DNA of 60,893 nucleotides, filler included, from Sphacelaria rigidula (Eukaryota): NCBI GenBank assembly GCA_964200075.2. It is 8 parts of 8 records of this genome, joined end to end, with 100 filler letters (N's around TTAATTAATTAA, not from the genome) between each part and the next. Parts side by side here need not be neighbours in the genome. Positions count along the whole stretch, not along the records: positions 45,746 to 53,269 come from CAXNAA020014517.1; positions 53,370 to 60,893 come from CAXNAA020014518.1; 6 more parts are not named here. One strand, 5' to 3'. Shown piece by piece: positions 48,320 to 60,893 of this stretch (position 1 is its first letter; each line of letters starts with the position of its first letter). The notes under the pieces were generated by a model. It saw only the letters and a program-made list of their open reading frames with translations, ran no database searches and was not told where the DNA came from. The position numbers and the translations under genes were made by a program.

Positions 48320-51300
48320 ATGCTGTTGGCGAAGTCGCGCCGCTCTGTGCTGTTGCTCGTGCTCCACCGCAATCCCGTACCCACCGGATACTCCATCACC
48401 CCCGACGCCCCCTCCACCTCCCACGCCCCCGCCGCCAACGGACCTGCCCAACCCTCCACCGCCACCGCCACCGCCACCGCCTCCGCCTCCGCCACCCTCA
48501 CCCATACCTCCTCCATCATACCCCGCAACACCCGTACCGTACTGGGGCTCCGTCGATGACTGCTGTGGCAGAAGGGGGGGGCCATCGTAGGGCCGACCAG
48601 GCTGGGGTGCCGGCGCTGGGTATCGGTGATAGCCTTGCGCTTTCGACGTGCTCGTGGGGGCTCCGCCGCCCCCGACGTCGTATGGTGCACCGCTGCCTTG
48701 CTCAACGCCGCGAGCCCTGCTGCTGGCGGCATCGTATGGTTGGGTTGGTGGATTGAACTTGTCCCTTCCAGACGCGCCCCCTGTGCCCCCTGCGCCGCCG
48801 CTGCCACCAGTTGCGACCGTGTCGTAGGCTACCGCTGCTCCGTTTCGGGCGCCTTCGTAGAAGGGTTCGAACACCTGGCTCGAGGTGCGTGGAGCGGAAG
48901 ATATTTGAGCAAGAAAGTCAAAAGTTGAAAACCAAAAAATATGGAGTTGTGGGGGTGAACTTGTGAATTACTGGCCGGTCGGGGTCTATACACACAATAC
49001 GTCTTGGTCGCCTCGCGTGCATAATGATTCCCAAACTTCAAATGGCTTTCCGTGGCAAGCGGGAGACGCAAAACCGCATTAACTTGCGCCAGAAGAAACG
49101 ACACTGTAAACAACGGGCAACATCACAGCATCATACCCTCGAAGGAAAATAAGGTAACTTATTCAAACGACACCTAAGATAAACGACAACACTGTCACGT
49201 CCAACCACTTCGCCTCCAAAACTTCCTCACGGTACACAGAAAAAAACATGCCCTTACCCTATGCCGCGATCCGTGGTGCCCGGCAGGCACCTCGTACCCT
49301 CCCCCTCTCCTCCCCATCATGCCGTCTGCGAACTCAAAGTCCGCCCCAGATCCTGACAAGGACCGACCACTAGCATCGCGGTGTGCCGCGTTCTGCCAGC
49401 TCCCTCCTCCCTCTCCTACGCGTTGCGGTGTGCCAGGCTCCGACTGCATCCCACCGCCGCCGCCAGGGTTACGCACGTCCTGCACTCGAAGCGGTGGGCG
49501 CATTCCACCTGCTTGAGTCGAGAGCGATTGTTGCTCGTGCGGCCCGGACGCCTGTTGCGGGTGGTGGGAAGGCGGGAACGGCCCGCCACAATGCTGTGGT
49601 GGTAGAGGTGCTCGGTGCCCGCCGCCGCCCCGGTTGTCCACAATTGGAGCTCCCGGTTCACCACTCGCACCGCCGTCAAAGTCCAACGACGAAGAATACT
49701 CCACGTACTCGTACCCTCGCGGGAACCCGGGCGGGGGCGGCGCCGCGCCTCCACCGCCGACTTCTCGCCTACCGCTTGTAGTGGCCGTGTGCGCCGCGCC
49801 AAGATCAACAGAAACATTCACACTATCGACCGCCGGGCCGGTGGCAATGCCCGGCCCGCGGCGGCTCCCGGCATCCTCCATGGCTCCGCCGTCAAAGGCA
49901 GATGGCGGTGGAGGGGGATAGTCGTAGTCTCCGCCCCCAGGTCCCGCGCCGATGCCGCCCGCCGCAGCGCGGGAGTCGAGAGGGTATTGTTGATGTGGCT
50001 GTTGCTGGCGGGAGTGAGCGGCGTGGTTGTGGTTGGCGTAGGAGTTGTCGTTCTCGGTTGCTTGGAGCCCGCCGCCAGTTCCGCTGCTGTCGAGTACTCC
50101 GTCCGGTCCGTTTGGTATCTCCAGAGTGAAATCAAAAGGGGGCGGGAGGGGGGCTACTCAATATCATGTTCAGACATTTCGTGATACAGATATTGATTGA
50201 CTTCGGGTGCTATTCTTGCAATGTCAAGACGGAAAGCTGCGGCGGCGTATTTCCTGCTCGACGCTGAATTTCACTGGGCTGAAACTGGCTGGTAGAAGAG
50301 GATACGGTTGAGCTACTAGCCATGTTTACGGCCGCAACGAAAACGCTGCACGCGCTGCACCACGCCTACTATGCCAAAAATAACCAAAGCATGGCCGCAG
50401 CTACACTCCATGCACTTGGTCGTACCGACTGTTCAGATATGTTATCTTCCGCCGAAATCAGACACCCACCTGGTAACCACGCTGTTGCCCACGCATCCTG
50501 GCATACTGGTGACTATCTACAGACCCAGACAACCCACCGCGCCCCGCATCCTCATCAAACACCAGCCTCCTCGCCATCCCGTACCCCGATGATGTTGGGC
50601 CGGCCGTCCCAGGGACACTCCACTGCGGCGCCCCGCTGCCGCCCCCGCGACCGTCCAACCGCCCCACCCCTTCGCCACTGAAGCTACTATCACCGCCCGT
50701 TCCGACGACCACTGCATGGCCGTCCGTTGTTCCGAGCTGATCCAACCGCGTCACGGAGCCCTGCTGCATCGGTCCACCCGTACCATCAGCAACTTCGCCT
50801 CCCGACATGCCTGGCGGAGGGAAGGACCAGCGGAACCGCCCCGGCGACCCGCCGCCACCACCACCACCTCCGCCGTCGCTGGCTCCGTGAATATTGTCGG
50901 CACCTCCACCGACGGGAGGGGCAAAAGCTCCGGTATCTAGGTTCCCGCGAGGGGGCAGATGGCGCCTGGATTGTTGAGATCCAAGGGAAGGCGAGCCTCC
51001 GACAGTCCGCCTGGGGTGTAGGGGCGGGGGTACGGACTGCTTCCTGTTAGGCAGCAGCAGCTGCTGCTGCTGCGCCTGCTGCTGTTGAAGGTGTTGTTCT
51101 TGTCGCAGTAGGGCGTGGTCGTCATTCCTAGGCTCAAATTTTGGCGTGCGACTGTCTAGAAATCCGAAGCTAGCGCCACCGCCGTCGCCGCCCAGGTCGC
51201 CGCCAGCTTCGTCGGCATGGCTCGCGCTGTGCAACTGTCCCGACGACGCCGCACCGCCATCCGAAAACACCACATCGCCGCTCTCGCGGTCACTGCCGCC

Positions 51301-52376
51301 ACCGCCGAACATGAGCGCCGCGCTGCTGGTAGCGGGATCTTCTCTCGGCTCCGGCTGCCCCGCGTACGCCGCGCGTCGCTGGTTTCGCTGCGGCGAGTCA
51401 TCGCGCATGGATAGCGAATCCATCATCATGGCCACGGTAGAAGAGGGAGACGAGCCATCTCCTCCAATCCTCCCACTCCCTCGAGTGCCGTCACTACCGC
51501 CGCCACCATTGCCGCCGCCCCTGTCTCTCCCTTGTCCGGCGCGCTGCGATCCGTCCGCGTCCTCGCCCGAGCGCTGCCGATGATGCTCTCTACCGGGCGA
51601 AACATCCAAGCTGGAGCCCTGACCCGCCACCGGGTTCTCCAGAGTGAGCCCGTACTTCAGGATACCCCAGTTGTCGGGGTTAACACCCGACCCACCTCTG
51701 AGCCCCGGCATGGTACCTGCTTCTCCGGCACCCGACCCGGATTCTATCAAGAGCGAATGCCCGCTCGCCGCTGCGTCGGCGCTGGCGGAAGCGGATTCCG
51801 GCAGCCCGCCGAAGCGCCCGTGGTCTACGTCTACCCTCCCCGTGCCCCCGTCGGCGGCCTCCGCGCTACAATGGAACGCTGAGTCGCCGATGGCCGATGA
51901 TGAAAATGTGGCTTCGTTCGCACCGGCTCCGCCACCGCCGCCGCCTCTTCCGTCAAATCTGATCCCACCTCCGTCTACACCGTAGTCCTCATAAGACAAC
52001 GGAGTGTTGTGATAACGACTCCCGCCCAATGCCCCGTCCTCCGCTCCGACCTGCGAGCGATCGTTCTCCGGAAATTCGCGAAACGCCCCCACCGTTTCGG
52101 ATCCTCCGGCTCCGACTCCGGCTCCGTCTCCTCCTCCCCGTGCGGGAGGATCATCCACAATAGCATATCGTCCGCTCGTTGACGGCCCGGGTGTTCTACC
52201 GCCGCCCGTTCCGCGACGCCCATGGGCATCGGAGCCCTGCCAAGCGAGGGGTGCACGGCTCTTGTGTAAGAGGAGTATCTTCGTGTGTGCTAATTGAATA
52301 GGCGTGGGTGAGATGAAGCCGTAGGCGGGGCAGGGGGGGCGACCCGTATAATTTCAATACTCTCCAACCTCCCCAT
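46625..52376 (-). CDS. Large Gly/Gln/Pro/Ser-rich low-complexity protein, 3'-partial
   Basis: Phase-compatible exons: tentative 52376-52344 (ATG), 52236-50470, 50118-49258, 48874-47366 and 46850-46625. About 1465 codons with no stop, poly-Q/G/P tracts and no recognisable domain. Confidence 0.75.
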
Positions 52377-53159
52377 TGTTCTTTACTGTACAGTACTAGG
52401 GTTACTACAACAGGCGGCGAAAATTCGGCGAAAATTCACGTGACGTGGCGAGATACGGATGAAGATCTTACGACGAAATTGATTCTCCGTAATACGTGAG
52501 TTACAATTCTGGCGGGTATACGGTTGCCTGTCCTTCTCAGCCCCTAGACCGCGAGGTTAGTCCATGTGGATCATGCGTACTTTTCTCAAGTGAAATTGAT
52601 GCCGAGTGAACAAATGTCCTATCCCCGGTTGCTCAGTTGGTAACATCGAAACCTTCTGACAGTTCGGTCGTGGATTCAAGTTCTCGGAGCGATCTGTGAT
52701 TTTTTCTCACGCCATGCCCAACAACAGTGGAGAGCGACCATGTCGTGGGTACACAAAACTCGACTTAACGGTCGACGAGGGAGAGGGACTGCTGAACAAA
52801 CCCTCTCGCGATAAAAAATAAAGGCAAGCACCGCAGAAGGAAGATGGGGTACTGAAAACAGGAATACAAAATAAAAAGCTCCAGTGTTGACCTTCCTCCT
52901 GTGTGACCCCGGCTGGTGCGCCCACATATTATGCCGAAAGGTGTAGACCGGCGCCCAGAATTGATGGGACGACAACACACAATTGCGTCTTTTTCTGTTC
53001 CTTTCCTTCTCGTCTTACTCTGCTCTTCTTTTGTTGCACCTGACCACGTGCTGGATTGTTGCAATCAGCTAATGTGAGATATATCAATCGACCAAATCAA
53101 TCATTCGACCCCCTTTTCCCGTATTTGCTCCCTATAGATAGCCCTGGACGCTGAGCACG

Positions 53160-53222
<63 letters not shown>

Positions 53223-54384
53223 GTCGTCCCATTTATTCTGGGCACCAGTCTACACCTTTCGGTACATGTNNNNNNNNNNNNNNNNNNNNNNNNNNNNNNN
53301 NNNNNNNNNNNNNTTAATTAATTAANNNNNNNNNNNNNNNNNNNNNNNNNNNNNNNNNNNNNNNNNNNNGGATATGTGGGCGTATCAGCCGGGGTCACAC
53401 AGGAGGAAGGTCAACACAGGAACTTTTTCTAGTGGACGAAAAGGAAGAATAAGGTTTTTCTCTAATTGATTTGGCATTTTCCTCATTCTCGACCGCGGGT
53501 AGCGGTGGTGCATGGATTTTGCGATATGGGGCCCCTCGGGTTGGAATACAACATTGTTGAAAAAAAACAAGGCACAAGACGGATACTCGTAGTAATCCCC
53601 TTTCCGAAGACTTGAACTCCAATCGAAAGAGTGTAAAAAGCGAATCGATCCGATGGGGAACAAATAACGTGCACCCGAGTGCACTCTGGCATGATGGCAA
53701 GAGACATGCAACTGGTCATTGCCGCATGACAACAACTTTTACTTGAAGGAGCGTCTCTGCTTGCTTTCCTGTGGTCCAGGTACAATTCCACACTCTATAC
53801 TTTAGAGCCTGTCGCCCCGGTGGCTCAATTGGTGACCTGGAAACTTTCCAATGGTTATGAAATGGGCTCGAGTCTCGGTTGGAATCTCGGTTGGAATCTG
53901 GGTGAAGTCACACGAACCAGGGGTTTTCTCACATCATGCTCAACAGTAGAGTGGAGAGCGACCACGTCGTGGGTGCACGAAGGTCGAGTTCACGGTCGAC
54001 GAAGAAAAGGGACAGCTGAACCTCTTCCCGTGATGAGGGTAAGGCAAGAACCGCAGAAGGGAGGTGGATTGCTGACAGCATAATAAGAAGTTCGTCTGAC
54101 GATCCTCCTCCATTGGTCCCGGTGCCCATCTGCCTGCCTCTTGCGCTTTCTTCACTGACTGGGATGGTCAAAAGGCTATGACCAGCCGGACGTTGCACCT
54201 ACAACCATTCCAGGGTGCACATGAATTCGCTCCGGTAGACCTCGAGTTTCGGTCGCATATCTATAATATGGAAATAATGATCTATGGTTGACAACACGAC
54301 TACTTGATTTTAGAGCTGAGAAAGTTCTGAGAAAATGTATGGTTTGGGACAGGTGAGCAGTGGGCCCAGCTCGTCGAGAACGCA

Positions 54385-56790
54385 TTTTAGTCGAAATCGG
54401 CGCCTACGGCATCAATTTCAGGTCTGCCAACGCACGCCTTGCCTCGACAAGCCTATGGACCGCCTTTGCCCGATGGTCTCGTATGCCATGGGTCGTAGTT
54501 AGACCGAGTTGTATGGCAGTCGCAAAAACGGATTGGTACGCAAATAAGGGACCTCAGATCCGGAAACGCGTTGTATGGACCCCAATTTGGCCCAAATCGG
54601 AAAAGCTCAGATTCATTTGTTATGATTTGAGAACGGTTTCACACGAATCTGAGCGCAGATCCGTGGGAAATCGAGGTCCAAATCTGTAGCAACTGACGAA
54701 CGTATGTTGACGTACAATGATGGGGCAACAGTCGTGTGGTATTTTTGCAACAACAGCAGCAGACAGTCTCGTGACAGCACAGACAGCGCCTGTGAGCGCC
54801 GGCTGCTGGAGCAGCTCCGCACGGGGTTTAACAAGCGGATAAGAAGTATCGATGCCGTACCCTGTGTTGATGGCAAAATTTATGCTGCACTGTCCTGCTG
54901 TATGTATCATCACAACGAACGGTACTGTACTGTTGCGGTTGTTGAACTCTTGCCGCACACTGTGCACTGTTCTCGCAATACCGAATGTGCCATCATGTAT
55001 CACCACACGCCAGTATCATGTACTGTGATTGTGGAGTCTACTGCACTGCATCATACCCTATTAATAGGGTAGCATGACGCAGCTATTAAAGGATGATTGT
55101 CTCATCGCCTATTCTTCGGCTTCACTGTGCAATACCACACCCGCCCAGAAAATGGACTGTTTGTGTGCACAACAATTTCAACAAATCTGTGAAGCCATAC
55201 AGGGGTATACACGAATCTGGGTCCCCATGATTTGGCACGGATTCGGGTCCCGCCAGATTCGGCATGGGCTGTCATACAAGTTGGTCTTATCAGCGTGATG
55301 GTTGGCGATATTGTAAGTTTGTTCGAAAAAATCAACCATACATATGTGACCAAATCTCCAGGTCGCCTCCAATAAATTCGAGTGTGCACCTGGGTGCACA
55401 TTCAATATTTCCATCCGATACAGTACCCTACGGGTGATTTTGAGTACAACGGCTGTCGAATTCAGTAGGGTTTTCCACTCCGTAATACTATTCTCCGAAG
55501 TCTCCCGACAACATAGGAGCACTCGAGTTTAGTGTGGACACCGATGTTCGGATCTTTAGCGCGGCTGATAGATAGTCTCGAGTATGTTCTCTGGCGTTCC
55601 CAGAACCCAGAACGCTTCCTGTCAAAATCTGCGCGGCAGGTGCCGATTTGAGGTCTGTCAAAGCACCCTTTGACTAGGGTGCCCTCGCATCCCCCTTGTC
55701 CGAGACTGATCGATCTGCCTCGGGCTAGGCTTGGGGCTAGAGTTAGCGCTGGCATTCAATCAGCATGAATATCCGGAAACGTTATTCACGGAGTCACATG
55801 GCGGCAGCAGCTTTCACCACTTGGTAGGCATAGAATTTTCCGACTTGGTTTTCGTGTGAACACCGAAATCCCGAAACTCATCTAATCGAATTGAATACAT
55901 GTTAGAGGAGACGCGGCTAAATTCATTCATAAAAACCCAGAGACATTAATGAAAGAGAGGAGTACATGTGACAATTGATTTATCAGACCACGTTGAGCTG
56001 CGCATGGAATGTCTGTATCGATGTCAGTATCCGAGCGATTTCGGCATCGATATTTCAAGCCGGGGAACGCCGACTACAGCCTACTGTCACAGCAGCGTGA
56101 TGTGAACCGAGAAGCAGTCCGAACATCAGATTGCGGAAACTCTGCCATCATATCTTGCTGTCACTTGGGAGGTTAACGTGAACATATCACCTGGGGAACA
56201 TTCATTTTCCAGAAGTCTTGAGGTACTTAAGATCTCAGAAGGCTTTCACTTGGTCACCACACCAGATTCCCGATAATTCAGGGGACACTTGAGTACCAAG
56301 CGGTGTGGCAGTAATCGTGGCACCGACGGCACGAGAGGGCGCAACGCGCTCTTGCTCAAATTGGCGCGGACTAGAGCACAAGGTATACATCATTTTCCTA
56401 GAGAACGGTGGCGCGCCCGAGGGATCGAGGTCTGGCGTCGTTTGGGCTAGGGTCAGCGTCAGGGTGTAGATGGGTCAGCTCGTATGAAGATCAGGATCTC
56501 GTACGATGGAAAACGCGTTCTGTGCACGTTAGGGGGCGGAGTTGGGCTTCAATCTACTCATGGTTGATATTACTTGATTCGAGTTCAATAATGAGAATCA
56601 GATTTTTAGTGGGGCTCGACAGTCCCTCGTGTTCCTGGAGTGCGTAAAAAGCGTTTTCATCCGACTCAGCGCTACAGGCGTCAATTTGAGGTCTACCAAC
56701 GCCACACTTTGTCTAGGAAACGCCATGCATCTCCCGTGCCGAGAGTTCTCGGTATACCTTGGGTTCGGGCTACGGTTGGGGTCAGGATTA
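54385..56790 (+). repeat. Three dispersed diverged copies of a repeat (~54385-54450, ~55610-55750, ~56645-56790); the last two are followed by degenerate GGGTTA-like units
   Basis: Shared ...CAATTTSAGGTCTRCCAA... core; GGGCTAGGCTTGGGGCTAGAGTTAG and GGGTTCGGGCTACGGTTGGGGTCAGG. Confidence 0.45.
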
Positions 56791-57399
56791 TTACAAAATG
56801 TGTCAGCCATGAATACAATGACCCAGGACTGGGACGAACCCACCTCGATGCAGAACCCGTCATTGTTCATACTATTCCTGTTCATCGCAGTGGTGGATTG
56901 ATCGCGCTCCACGATTGGTAGTGTGGGATGGTGACCGGGACAGTGCAGTCAGTGCAGCTACAGCAAATCTGATTTTTGTTGGATGAGTTATGGCTGCCTG
57001 ATCATGTCTCCCTGATCATGTGGCTGACTATCTCGTCATAAAAAAAGTGCTGTGCTTGCAACACCAGAAACCTTGAACAAAACCCGAAAGCACTTGGCTA
57101 TCCGCAAGGCAGGAAGACCGCGGCTACCCATCGCATCGCAGCACCACGCTGAAAAAGCCTACAAGAATGGCGCCCGCAGCGTTCGAAGGAGTATGCACAG
57201 CACACGAGCCATATTTCCACTACAAAGACATAACCAGCAACGCGGCGTGAAATTGCAGGGGGGTACTTTCATATTATCTTCCCACACAAACGCGCGTTCT
57301 TGCCGACTCTTCGGCGAGCACTGTACTGTAGCAATCTCCCGGCCTGTTGTGTAGAATGGTTTATGCAGGATCGATCCGGGACATCTGGGACCTATACAA

Positions 57400-58340
57400 G
57401 GGCATGGGCTTTTAGTTGGTGCCCTGGGCGGTACATAATCAAGCCAAAAGTAAATGGGATAGTGGGCACATTCACTGTTTTTCAGGGGGTGTTTCAGTGT
57501 TGCCTCGGGGACGTCCATCAAGTGACCACGGCTGGATCTCTGGGGGATAAATTGAAGTGATGATCGATCAATCAATCAGATCATCGATCAGGTCATCAAT
57601 CAACAAAATTACAAATTCCACCCGTCAGGGTTAGCTTGTAGCTCCTCATGCTTCTGAAAGAAGGCATTCTTCTGTGCCACGGGGGGTGACTGCGTGGTGC
57701 CTCGACTCACCTCACGACCTGAAATAAGGGGCGCCGCAGCCCATTGCACGGAACGGCACCATACTGTCGTGCCGACTACAGACAGTAAAGAGAGTTGGAG
57801 TCCGGCATTGTTCGAGAGAGGATAGCAAATCTGTGGGCTGTTTGGTGATTGCATAGTCGCGTGAGAATCTTGGTGCAGGTGTCATTTTTAGCTGTCGCAT
57901 CCTTTCAGCACCAATATACACAAGCCTACAGAGATATTGGACCAACGACCACTCCAAGGACCGCCAAATTCGGAAGTATGTGCAGATCAGGCTCAAGCCG
58001 ATTCTCGTGGCAAGCCATTTGGATTCAAAGTGTTACGGTTTACCCCATTCATCACTCGAACGTTGAGATCATCATTCCCAATATCATATGTCATGGGAGG
58101 GTATTCTGCTCGAGCCGCAATATGCTAGGTCACCCTTCCTTTCTCTTCCGAGAAATCCAGACGTTATCTCAAGCCATGTCTTAATTTCAAAGCAAAGTAC
58201 TTCTTCGATCAAAAATGTGCGGCGGAGAAGAAAACATGCGACCTAATAGGTCATTGTTCATGTCCACGTCATTTATGTCGGTTGGTATGACGACTTATCA
58301 GATCGATGTTTCTCCTTTTCCACCGGACTTTTTCGATCGA
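57400..58340 (-). pseudogene. Possible heavily decayed DDE (piggyBac-like) transposase fragment
   Basis: The minus strand near 58290-58150 reads YQ..INDVDMNNDLL...SKKYF...DNVWI across frameshifts, loosely like the piggyBac 'Y..M.GVD..DQ...KKW...NAWI' segment. Confidence 0.25.
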
Positions 58341-59226
58341 GAAGTAATGTGCCGAGACACCCCTTCATCCTGTGATCCCCCGAAGTGCACACGCACTAGA
58401 TCTAGGGTATGGCACTTGAAGAGGCGTTTGGGGGCTGTAAAAATGCGGCATGACGGTTACGGCCTTCAACATGCCGGCACCGCGGCGTCATTTGGGCGCA
58501 CAACTGACAGCCTAGTGAAAAGCTAGAGGAAGGCAGCTTGGGCAGGCCACGAATCGCCAACGTCATGCCGTTCAGTCGAACAACCTGGTCCCGCTCACAA
58601 CAGCATCGCGGTTGGGGAACTTGGAGCAAAAACATGAGACGGGTAACGGTTACGGCCGTATGATTGTCAAAACCATGCGACGAAAAATGATTTTCATGTT
58701 CCAGTCGTTCCTAGAAATAACTGATGATAGAACGGGAATCAACATAGCATTTGATGACGACGTGTAGCTAGGAACAGGGCCTTTCCAGCCATGGCGATGT
58801 TGACCAGAGCGTCTTTATTCTTTTTGTACTTTTGCACAGGGCCAACTCGCACACATGGAAGGGTGAGGTGAAATTCGAAACCCCTGGACTGCTTTTTTGT
58901 GTAAATTTTATGCACGCGTGATGCGTATGGCATGGCCAACCAAGTCACCATCACAATACCAACATTCCATAGGATGGGCCCAGGTGACGTGGGAAATTCC
59001 AATCTCAACCGAACCACCCGAGTAATCGAAGGTTGCCTTTCAAGGTGCAGATCACCTGCCGTGGGAGTCGGCCCTCGTCGCGGGCAGCGTTCATCCCAAA
59101 CTGGCTCGGAAACCAAGCAAAGCTAGTCACTAAACAACAGCCGTCTTTTGTTCCACTACAGAGCAGAGCAATGCAGCACGTACATCAAGGAAGGGGACGA
59201 CACAGGGGAGGTTCTTCTGTACCCAT

Positions 59227-59431
59227 TGTAGTGCGGGAAAGGATCGCGTGCTTAGGCGATCGCATCGTAGTTAGAAACACCTCAGGATCGCCGTTTTTCA
59301 AAACTAATTTGGTCAGTCCCTGCAGGGACCACGTCACTAACTTTAACCCCGATCCTAACCCTAACCCTCACCATTAGGGTGTTTAAACTCCGATGCGGTC
59401 CCCGAAGGACGGGGTCCTCTCACGCATTACA
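59227..59431. mobile_element. MITE with ~55-bp TIRs and internal telomere-like CCCTAA units; its right half is also at 30498-30575
   Basis: TGTAGTGCGGGAAAGGATCGC...AAACACC versus GGTGTTTAAACTCCGATGCGG...CTCTCACGCATTACA; internal CCTAACCCTAACCCT. Confidence 0.7.
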
Positions 59432-59699
59432 CTCCTCGTTTGTACGAAATGACGCGAACCTAATGCGATGCATTTGGCAAAGATTTTGCGATTGTATCGG
59501 CGGGCGACTCGATCTAGAACCGTACCTCCATTGTGTCCTGCGTCGGTCAAAACGGTTATCGACAACAATCAAAACAACGGCATATTCTTGCGTATGTGCT
59601 CCCGAGAGGTGGGACACGTGAGACCTGATACAGAATCACCGTCCTGTCTATTCGACTCTGTATCCAGAAGATTTCACACGTCGGAGAGATTAGCTCTTT

Positions 59700-60893
59700 T
59701 TGAGCGTAGCCCCCTAGTGAGCTATGAGAGCTACAGGAGCTACGCATGTTTTTCCTGGGATGAGCTATGAGAGCTGTATGCGCTACGCATGTTTATCGTA
59801 CGTGAGCTACCAACCCGTACCTCACCAACCCATATTCGTCCTGAGTGAGCGATGGCAGCTGTATGAGATACGCACGTTTGCGATAGGTGAGCTACCAACC
59901 CGTAGCTCATCAGCTCATATTCGCCCTGGGTGAGCAATGAGAGCTGAATGGGTTACGCATGTTTGCCCCGGATGAGCTATGAGAGATGCATGAGCTACAC
60001 ATGTTTGCCCTGGATGAACTATGAGACATGCATGAGCTACACATGTTTGCCCTGGATGAGCTGTGAGAGCTAGGTGAGCTGCGAATAATTGCCCTGGATG
60101 AGCTATGAGAGCTATGAGAGCTACGATTGTCCATCCCTTTGACCGCGAGGGTAGGAGATCTCTGAATCGGCATCATTCACACCCGAAAAATAAAGTGAAA
60201 TATGCTGAATTATCAGATCGTCAACCCTCGCGATCAAAGGGCCAACCCCTTGACGGCGAGCATGAGTCATCTGTTGAATCGGCTCCAATTTCACTTGAAA
60301 AACGTGTGCATGACCAGGTGGACTCGTACCCTCGCGGCCAGCCGATAAAAAAACATGAATCGGTCGATTATTGTAGACACTGAGTAATAATACTTTTTTC
60401 GACCATCCCACCAAGCGAACGAGGACATGTGTTGGCTTCTTGTCTTCCTATCGCGAAGAGTGAGGCAAAACATCACAACCTAGTGATATGTGGCGCCATC
60501 CGTTCGACGGAGAATGTTACATAATGAGCGACACGGGGTTGGCCAGCGGCGAGCTGGGCATATGACGTGAGTGAGCCACGACCATGTGTCCCTGGAGTGA
60601 GCTACCGGGCGTAGCTCATCCGCTCAAGTGTTCCCCCGGTGAGCTACGAGAGCTGCGTGAGCTACACATGTTTGCCTTGGGTGAGTTATCGAGCGTAGCT
60701 CATCCGCATATGTGTTCCCTGGGTGAGATATCAACCCGTAGCTCATCAGCTCATATTCGCCCTGCGTGAGCGATGGGAGCTGTATGAGCTACGCACGTTT
60801 GCGATAGGTGAGCTATCAACCCGTAGCTCATCAGCTCAGATTCGTCCTGGGTGAGCTATGAGAGCTGCATGCGCTACGCATGCTTCCCCTGGA
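59700..60893. repeat. 42-bp GAGCT-rich satellite in two blocks (59700-60125 and 60560-60893), interrupted by insertions
   Basis: Unit GAGCTATGAGAGATGCATGAGCTACACATGTTTGCCCTGGAT starts at 59974, 60016, 60058 and 60100. Variant units contain ACCCGTAGCTCATC. Confidence 0.85.

Noticed and set aside
1-60893. Functional linkage between the repeat array and the copia reverse transcriptase/integrase or other genes in the window
   Set aside because: They lie on different, artificially joined contigs.

Overview
Eukaryotic, intron-rich sequence, most consistent with a brown alga (Ectocarpus-like; this is an inference). The window is not one locus. It is eight contigs (7525 bp, then 7 x 7524 bp) joined by 100-bp N44-TTAATTAATTAA-N44 spacers. 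Contig 1 (1-7525) holds the best signal: a minus-strand gene built from one-exon-per-repeat, phase-0 ankyrin-like modules of 41-47 aa. Its core is a tandem array of ~765-bp exon+intron units with near-identical introns, a hypervariable non-synonymous patch in each exon, a truncated exon and a dead exon. It looks like an exon-shuffling variable receptor gene. Other contigs contain a partial RibD/RIB7-type reductase, a CAMTA-like ankyrin/IQ protein, a decayed Ty1/copia element, a very long Gly/Gln-rich low-complexity protein, uncharacterised gene fragments, and many SINE/MITE/satellite repeats. All exon structures were read by eye from splice sites and reading frames.
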